Shown here one piece after another: positions 55,572 to 64,000 of a DNA stretch of 64,000 nucleotides. Under the pieces are notes generated by a model. It saw nothing but the letters and a program-made list of their open reading frames with translations, ran no database searches and was not told where the DNA came from. Origin of the DNA: Eledone cirrhosa (taxonomy: Eukaryota); NCBI GenBank assembly GCA_964016885.1, contig OZ024762.1, positions 27,218,001 to 27,282,000 of the forward strand, given 5' to 3'. A program made the position numbers and the translations under genes. Position 1 is the first letter of the stretch. Each line of letters starts with the position of its first letter.

Positions 55572-55650
55572 GTCCCCTGAAGAGTTCGAAATTCGAGATT
55601 TATCCTTAATAAGATATCTCAAAATGAGAACGAAACCCATGGGTCGGGAT
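55572..55650 (+). ncRNA. Canonical-core type I hammerhead ribozyme motif
   Basis: GTCCC-CTGAAGA-GTTC[40-nt structured insert]GAAC-GAAA-CCCATGGG-TC-GGGAT. All stems pair; GUC triplet. Confidence 0.88.
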
Positions 55651-56072
55651 TTAATGATTTAATCCTGGTATGTATATAAGCATTTCTAACTGTAATTTTA
55701 TACCTAATTGCGTATGGTTGACCATATATTTAATTAATTTCCACGTGCTGTTGAAATGTGGGATAGATATTTTATAGCGGTTGGCCGCGAAGACGCTGCT
55801 GTGGTATATTTATTTACTGTTTCTTCATAGGTGCCTTTTAATCTCATAGCCTGGTCTAATTGATTTTTTGTGTGGTTAATTATGCTAATTGGGAGAAGAA
55901 ATGATGTATATATATTATCAAATAATTCTATGGACTTTATAGTATTTTATTCTAATTATTTAATTTATTAATTCTTCATTGAGCCACATCGTGAATGGTT
56001 GCCAAAGCACATATATATCTGTGACTTTGTTTAATTGGTGGATGTGTAAATATTTATATATATATATATATA

Positions 56073-56790
56073 TGGAAAAGAATGAAACGAAATTTCATTT
56101 CTCACTCTTAGTACGGCTGATACTTAAATGTAAGTATGTATTATATGTACATACATATATGTATACCGACGTACAGTAATATGTATATATATATATATAT
56201 ATATACATACATGCACACATATATATATATGTACTTATAGGTTTACCGAACATTTATTATAACGTTCGGTTTGTTTGTAAACAAACAGCCTGAATTACGC
56301 CGTACAGTGTTCAGGCAACCATCGTCGCCTTTTTGTTCAACACTGACACAGGAACGATGTACTAGTTTCAAGCTTATTAGCTATCGTCAGCATCGTATAC
56401 CTTCCTGTCAGATGATTGAACGTCTGAAAGTATATATTTTCTTTATGCATATTAATGGCTGATCAGCCTAAATTGCATATCGAGTGAGTTAGTCGGCCGG
56501 GCGCACCGAAAGCGATAAATGGAAAAGAATGAAACGAAATTTCATTTCTCACTCTTAGTACGGCTGATACTTAAATGTAAATATGTATGTATACGTCCAT
56601 ACATATATGTATACCGACGTACAGTAGTATGTATATATATACATACATGCACACATATATATATGTACGTATGGGTTTACCGAACATTTATTATAATGTT
56701 CGGTTTGTTTGTAAACAAACAGCTCGAATTACGCCGTACAGAGTTCAGGCAACCATCGTCGCCTTTTTGTTCAATACTGACACAGGAACT
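56073..56790 (+). mobile_element. Tandem (about 1.6 units) copy of the repeat family seen at 13447-14350
   Basis: Shared AATGAAACGAAATTTCATTTCTCACTCTTAGTACGGC..TTTTGTTCAACACTGACACAGGAAC. Confidence 0.85.
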
Positions 56791-56815
56791 AAAAGTAAAG
56801 TAATTCTTTTCCTTT

Positions 56816-56853
<38 letters not shown>

Positions 56854-57430
56854 AAAGGAAAAGAATGACTTCACTTTTAGCTTTAGACAATTTGATTTAA
56901 TTTTATAATATTATGATTTGGTAGATCTAGTATTTTCTTTGTTAATTTCGGTGGGAAGATTTTTCAAGATTCCTGGTTAACTTTCCTGGAGAACTTTCTC
57001 CCATTCGTCGGTGGCGATTGTCAAACTAAGATGAGGTTGTGTTGTGACAGAGAGAAAGAGAGAGAGAGAGAAGAAAGGGGGAGAAAGAGTGAGACAGTGG
57101 AAAAATATAAACTAGTGGTTTCGGCTGGCATTCGTCAAGCTTTTTCAAATGGAGTTCACACTTGAAAGGGCTGGCCGAATGCCAGCCGAATCTGCTAGCC
57201 GTTGGGGTCGGGTTTTTACCTTCCTCTAAACTCACTCTTCTTTTTCCCATGCATAGAGTTCTTCCCTGATGTATAGTCTCAGCCTGACAGACTGAATATA
57301 TATGTATATATCACTCGTATAAATGCTTGAAGATTAGGTCACAATTTTGATCCCTCTTACATTCTGGAGATGGTCAATATTGGACCTTGAAACCTTAGTT
57401 ACACTATTATTACGTGCATGAACATAAATG

Positions 57431-57501
<71 letters not shown>

Positions 57502-57513
57502 CACCTAAAAGCT

Positions 57514-57698
57514 AGATGGTGTAGGACAGAACAAAGGAGAGACACAGAATAAGAAATCAGACACTGAGGAAGTCACAGAATGTATGACGAAAGCGCTTTG
57601 ACAATATATATCCAACCAACCGGAAATTTATAATAAATTGAAGTGAAAACTAACAGGCGCGTGTGTGTTTTATTGGCAGCATGATCCTCCCAAAGTAT

Positions 57699-57761
<63 letters not shown>

Positions 57762-57980
57762 GAGAGTGTAAGGTGCAGTTACAGTAGGTACTCAATGTTT
57801 AGATTCACGTCTGTAACGAGGTGGTAGAGCTAAACAGAGTGAAAAATATAATAAAAGGACGATTTGTTGTGTCTTCATTACGTTTATTAATTGGTGACGC
57901 GCGTTTCGCTATTGATCCGCTGAACGTTCGATCTGTATCGATCTGTCCCGACTCTGGAATCAAAAGCTCGTCGGGGAAAG
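57514..57980. mobile_element. Second copy of the composite HHR repeat (HHR + 57560-57602; decayed HHR - 57891-57978)
   Basis: CTGAGGA-a-GTCA..TGAC-GAAA-GCGC-TT; minus strand CCGACGA-GCT..AGC-GAAA-CGCGCG-TC. Confidence 0.7.
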
Positions 57981-58194
57981 GAAGGTGCCGATAGCCAGGT
58001 CGATCCAAGGAAACAATATATACATTGATCCTTCCACAGCTTCTCGTCTGAAAGTTTATTTATCGACCCTGAAAGGATAAAAAGCAAAATTGACCTCAGT
58101 GTGATATGAAATCGGTCTGTAGATTGTCGAAACACATCTACTAACAACTCTACACATTCGCCGCCTATTACACACACACACACACACATACACA

Positions 58195-58270
<76 letters not shown>

Positions 58271-58823
58271 CACACCACACCCCACCACACGCACACACAC
58301 ACACACACATTCACAGAAGGACGGAGCTGTTAAAATTAAAAAAGAAAAAAAATCAATACTGTTGATCGCATATCAATAAATAAGTGCTACCCAATGCTAC
58401 ACAATAGGGTCAAATTATTGACTACATTAATTGAAGCAGTGGTTGAAGAATTGAAGAATAAATATATATTGGTTTTTGTATTATGTTTGAAGCAAGACCA
58501 TAAAACTGGAATGAATTTATTCGAAGACGTGAGAATAGTATCTACTTTCACTTTCAAAATATAAGGCAGTTATACCGTAACATTAACTATAAGGCTGTTA
58601 TGGCCGAACATTAGCTATAAGGCTGTTACGGTGTAACATTAATATGTTCTCTTCTTTTATAGATGTCCGCTTTACTTTGTAGTTCGGTACGCTGGTATAT
58701 TGTGTACAACATTCTAAAATTCCTAAAACAACATAAAATCGATTGAATGGTTATAAAGGGTGCCTGTTGTTCCTGAAAACATATATGTATGTATACGTGT
58801 GTATATAAATATATATGTATATT

Positions 58824-58926
<103 letters not shown>

Positions 58927-58927
58927 T

Positions 58928-58995
<68 letters not shown>

Positions 58996-59016
58996 TACAT
59001 ATATATATATATATAA

Positions 59017-59107
<91 letters not shown>

Positions 59108-59295
59108 TATGCACGTATGTATATGTGTTAATGTGTGTAAGGATTCGCTTATATATATGTGTGTATATATGTAAGTATGTAAGTATGTATATGTGTGCAT
59201 ATATGTAAGGATGTATATATGTATATACATACATCTATCTGTCTATCAATCTACCTATCTCAATCTCTCTCTACCTCTCTCTGTGTTTGTGTGTG

Positions 59296-59399
<104 letters not shown>

Positions 59400-59402
59400 C
59401 AT

Positions 59403-59448
<46 letters not shown>

Positions 59449-60223
59449 ATGTGTGTATATGTATATATATATGTGTATATATATATACATATATATACAC
59501 CCAAGGTTTCTTGGTGAGGAGGGTGACTTTGGACATCCTGCAGGACTAAAAATAAAACCTGCTAAAAGGCAAAGGAGCTCTTAAAAGTCAATGGCCATCC
59601 AAAATCACCGGGAGAGATGACCCCTTAGCCTTTGTCAAGGCAGAGTTCTAGGAGATGGAAAACTCTGATATAACACCTGCAACCCTGATGGTATCCAATG
59701 ATGTTGACTTGTTAATCTTTTTGGTAAATATCAGCTTGGTTAAGAGAGTGGGACTGGCTTTGTGCAGTGCCTTTGCTCACTATAAAAGCTTCACGGCACA
59801 GGCATTGCTTTATATCTGGAGATCCCTCTGCACTTGTCATGACATGGTACCATGGGCCCAGCACTGTGTCAATAATTGTCACAAGTGTAGTGTTTGTACC
59901 AGAATTTTCAAGTCGCTGGCTTGACAAAAAATGTCACACTTGTTCAGCGCATCGGTAGGGGTTCTGCTACATGGATATAAAGTAGTGGCCGTACACGAAA
60001 ACGAGTTGGCAGCCATCATATATATATATATATAACGAAGTAAATGTGGTAAGGAACCAAGTGGACCATAACGCACCAAAGTACTCAATACTTAGGGTAG
60101 TAGAGTGGGTAATAGGAACGAGTAGGACCCCGACGGCTGAGCTCAAGCCGGTTCGACGGCTAATAAGTCCAGAATTAGCCGTCGGAACGGCTTGAGCTCA
60201 GCCGTCGAGGTCCTACTCGTTCC

Positions 60224-60275
<52 letters not shown>

Positions 60276-60279
<4 letters not shown>

Positions 60280-60701
60280 TAAACGGAATAGAAAATGCTG
60301 ACAAATTGTTCACAGTTGAAAAATGGTTTAATTAGGAATAAAAGAGTATTAGTGATTGTATGGGTTAGTATTCAGTTGTGGTTTTAAGTTTTTAAGTTTT
60401 TATCGGTTGCGCATTTTTAAATGCTTTTCAAAAATAATTTTGATATAGAGTGTCCGTGCTGTTTGCTCTGATCAGAGCAAACAGCACGGACACTCTATAT
60501 CAAAATTATTTTTGAAAAGCATTTAAAAATGCGCAACCGATAAAAACTTAAAAACTTAAAACCACAACTGAATACTAACCCATACAATCACTAATACTCT
60601 TTTATTCCTAATTAAACCATTTTTCAACTGTGAACAATTTGTCAGCATTTCTACTCCGTTTACCAATATATAATAACTTGTGTGTTACACCTCTATTCTT
60701 T

Positions 60702-60706
<5 letters not shown>
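60276..60706. repeat. Near-perfect palindrome of about 390 bp (centre 60471/60472) plus a one-sided tail of about 35 nt, in (TA)n
   Basis: Arms 60276-60471 and 60472-60666; I see only one substitution and one indel between them. Confidence 0.95.
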
Positions 60707-60764
<58 letters not shown>

Positions 60765-60840
60765 GTATATATATATATGTGTATATATGTATATATATAT
60801 AAGAATAAGAATAAGAATAAGAATAATAAGAATAATAATG

Positions 60841-60910
60841 ATTTCATTTATTAGCCACCAGGGCCGACATGTAGGGGACAATACAAAGACAGGGACAGAG
60901 GGGTTTACAA
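60841..60910 (-). mobile_element. Probable 3' tip of a Tx1-related LINE
   Basis: Reverse complement TTGTATTGTCC..GGTGGCTAATAAATGAAAT resembles the 3' end at 38310-38375 and is followed by an ATT-rich tail. Confidence 0.4.
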
Positions 60911-61959
60911 TAAGGTGGAGTAAAAGTGCACAATGGCAAGATTAATTTAACAATGAAAATATAAAAATATAAAATAAACTATGCATAAATATAACAAAAT
61001 AAATTCCCCGATAGGGGATGTACGACCCTTAATAATAATAATAATATTAAATATAAATGTTTAAATCCAATATTAAGAGAATATGTCAACACATATACGC
61101 GACTAACCCCATAGATTCACCGATCAAACAAAAATACAGTCTATTCAACAAAACTCAGTAACGACAACGCCATCACTACCGTCACCGCCGCCACCGCCCA
61201 TCCATCATTACTACCACTATCCCATCACCGCCGCCACCACTCCTTCATTGCTACCACCGCTATCCCCCCATTACCTTCTGTTAACTTACGAAAGGGGAGG
61301 GTGGCGGTATCACTAGACAATATTAATAAACAAGATTAATATTTAATTTTGGATCAGGAATGTTAGAGTCGAAAAGGAGAAAAATGGCAAAATGACTAAA
61401 TAACTAAAGATAATTTCACCACCAACACCACCACCACTACCACGATGAAAACTCTGGTCAAGTCGCTTCAACCGCTATTTCTACTGCAACTTCAACACCA
61501 TCACTACAGTACTACGATCACATCACTACCACCACTGCCTCATAATCGCTACCGCCGCTATTCTCTCCCACTACCTCCTGCTAGGTGCTGCTAGCACAGC
61601 AACGCCACCACCACCACCACCACCACCACTGCCTCATTATCACTACCGCCGCTATTCTCTCCCGCTACCCCCTGCTACATCGTAGTGTCCCCACTAAAAG
61701 AGGAAGGCATCAAAATATATAAATAGACTGAATTGATGACCCGGTCAAAATCAAAAAACCAAAAATCAAAATCAAAGCAGCACAGCAACAACGAAAAACG
61801 TAAAGAAAAGAAAAATGAAGAGAAAAAAAACAGACGGACAGAGAAGGGAAGGGAAAAACTAAGTCAGACATCCAAACATTACATTACAATGAAATTTATG
61901 CTTATTCATTTTGGGGTTTTTTTTTGCCTGTTTGTTTGTTTGTTTATTTATGTTCGTCT

Positions 61960-64000
61960 ACAGCGTGATAATGCCACACAAAAATCACCAGGACTGACGA
62001 AATCACCGGTGGTTATGTAACCATACATTCGCCAATCCTCGATAAGAGTGTTTAAATGTCGAACCTAAGCAGTTCGAATAACGGTGAAATGGAGACTAGA
62101 ATGTCATGTGACAGACTCTCACCCAACAGGTGCTCTCTGGTTCAGCAGCAGGGACCTGGCTGTCAACCAAATACTGCTGGTGTCGGAGGAAGAAGAAGAA
62201 GAAAAGGGACCAGAACCAACTGGACGAAAGAATTGAATAGAACTGTTATGCAATGTTACCTGAAGAGTAACACCAAGGAGAAAGCCTATAGGAAACGGAT
62301 GCATAACATCTGGAACGAGATTGGTCTATTTAAATTAGATGAACAAAAATTGGCCGAGCAGGCTCGGGTAATAAGAACTAAAGGGTGGATAAGCGAGCTG
62401 GAACTGAAGGAACTGAGCAGAGAGATTAGCTTGGAGATAGAGAGTGGAGTATGCCAGGCAAACGAGCCAGTGGGAAATGAAGGTGAAGAGGTCGAGAAAA
62501 CGGAGGAACCACCCGAAGCAGACAATGATCTGAATGCTGAGATAAATAATACCTGGAACAGAGATAGGGCCACTGAGGAGATGAATGCTGACGGGCTAGG
62601 ACAAGATTTGATTGATATCCTAAACTTAGTGGTAGATGAATTGAACAATGATAGTGGGAAACCTATGAACATAAGATTTGTAGACAGGAAAAAGTTAAAA
62701 GAAACAACAGCTAAGGTAAACAAAGTCATCCCATACCTTGAGGCGAGGAGCCTTCACCAGTGCAAAAATATCCTCAAAGCAACAGCAAATACGGTGAGGA
62801 AACTACTTGGTATAAAAGCGAAAGGAAACAACAGACAAGAAAGATCATAGCCTTGGTGGAAGAAATGACTGAGTGGTCAAATCAGGGAAATGAGAAATGA
62901 CATTGGAAAGCTTGAGTCCCTACTGATTGGGACACTAAAAAACATGGGACACTAAAAAACATAGACACTAAAAATAGACTAGAAATAAAGTACAAAACTA
63001 GGAGGAAAAAGCTAAATATTATCATAGAGGAACTGAAGCAACGCATTGTAGCAAAGAGTGCAAAAATCAGGCGACACGAGAACAGAGTCAGTCAGTATAG
63101 ACAGAACCGCATGTTCGACAACAACCAGAAGATGCTGTTTGGACAGCTTGAAGGGAAAGAAAGAGGCAACGACTTGATCCCTGAGGCGGAACAAACTAAA
63201 ACATTCTGGAGAGGAATATGGGAGCAGTATGTTAAACATAATGACCAGGCAGTGTGGATTGAGACAGTACAGAAGGAGATTAGTGAACAGGCACACCAAC
63301 AAACTGATTTTAGTATCACAGTTGAAACTCTTAAGGGGCAGGCCAAAAAACTAACCAACTGGAAATCACCATGCCCAGATGGTGTGCAGGGGTATTGGAT
63401 TAAAAATATAATATCCCTCCACCCGATACTGACAACCATGTTCAATGACTGCTTGATGTCAGGTGAGGTACCAGAGTGGTTGACAAAAGGTACCACAGTT
63501 CTGGTAATGAAGGACCGAATCAAGGGTAATGATGTTACCAACTATAGACCTATCACATGTCTGTCCGTAATGTGGAAACTGTTGACAAGCATTATGTCTG
63601 AGGAAATCTACCATCACCTCCACACAAACAACTTGTTGCCGGACGAACAGAAAGGATGCCGAAAGAAGTCCCGTGGTACAAAGGACCAGTTACTTATTGA
63701 TAATATGGTAATGAGGAATTGCAAGAGGAGACACACTGGTCTTGCCATGGGATGGATAGACTACAGAAAGGCATTTGACATGGTGCCCCATTCTTGGATC
63801 ACCAAAAGCCTGGAGATCTTCAAGGTGGAAGATAACATCAGACAGTTGTTGGGCAAAAGTATGAAGTCCTGGGAAACAGAGCTAACATCAACTGGAGAAT
63901 CCTTGGGAAGCGTGAAGATCAAGAGAGGTATCTTCCAGGGAGATAGTCTGTCCCCTCTGTTGTTTTTCCTTGCCCTGATGCCCTGACCAGTGTACTGCGA
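61960..64000 (+). mobile_element. R4/Dong-type non-LTR retrotransposon, N-terminal region and RT (disrupted; runs off the window)
   Basis: NWTKELNRTVMQCY..YRKRMHNIW..EQKLAEQARVI; NWKSPCPDGVQGYWIK, YRPITCL, EQKGC..GTKDQLLID, WIDYRKAFDMVPH, RGIFQGDSLSPLLF. Stops near 62850 and 63986. Confidence 0.92.

Noticed and set aside
59500-60020. Higher-complexity island with short ORFs
   Set aside because: No recognisable motif and several stops. It may be an old TE fragment or an exon, but I cannot support either without a homology search.

Overview
Eukaryotic, AT-rich, microsatellite-saturated DNA with no recognisable host exon. The (TA)n/(CA)n/(GA)n density and tRNA-derived CORE-type SINEs suggest a cephalopod (Octopus-like) intronic or intergenic region; this is inference. 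Almost all ORFs in the track are translated simple repeats. The real coding content is decayed retroelements: four Penelope-like element (PLE) remnants (two Neptune-like, two Hydra-like), a Tx1/L1-type LINE with two truncated copies, and three R4/Dong-type LINE pieces. The main hidden signal is RNA structure. By eye I find about 20 type I hammerhead ribozyme (HHR) motifs from many unrelated sequence families. They include a very young 310-bp tandem-plus-inverted array (14445-16668) with 7 HHR copies and a highly structured monomer, a candidate non-LTR retrozyme / circular-RNA mobile element nested in a (TA)n tract. Several (TA)n-embedded palindromes also appear to be folded back on an HHR stem II. 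All ribozyme calls come from manual motif and pairing inspection; none has been tested for activity.
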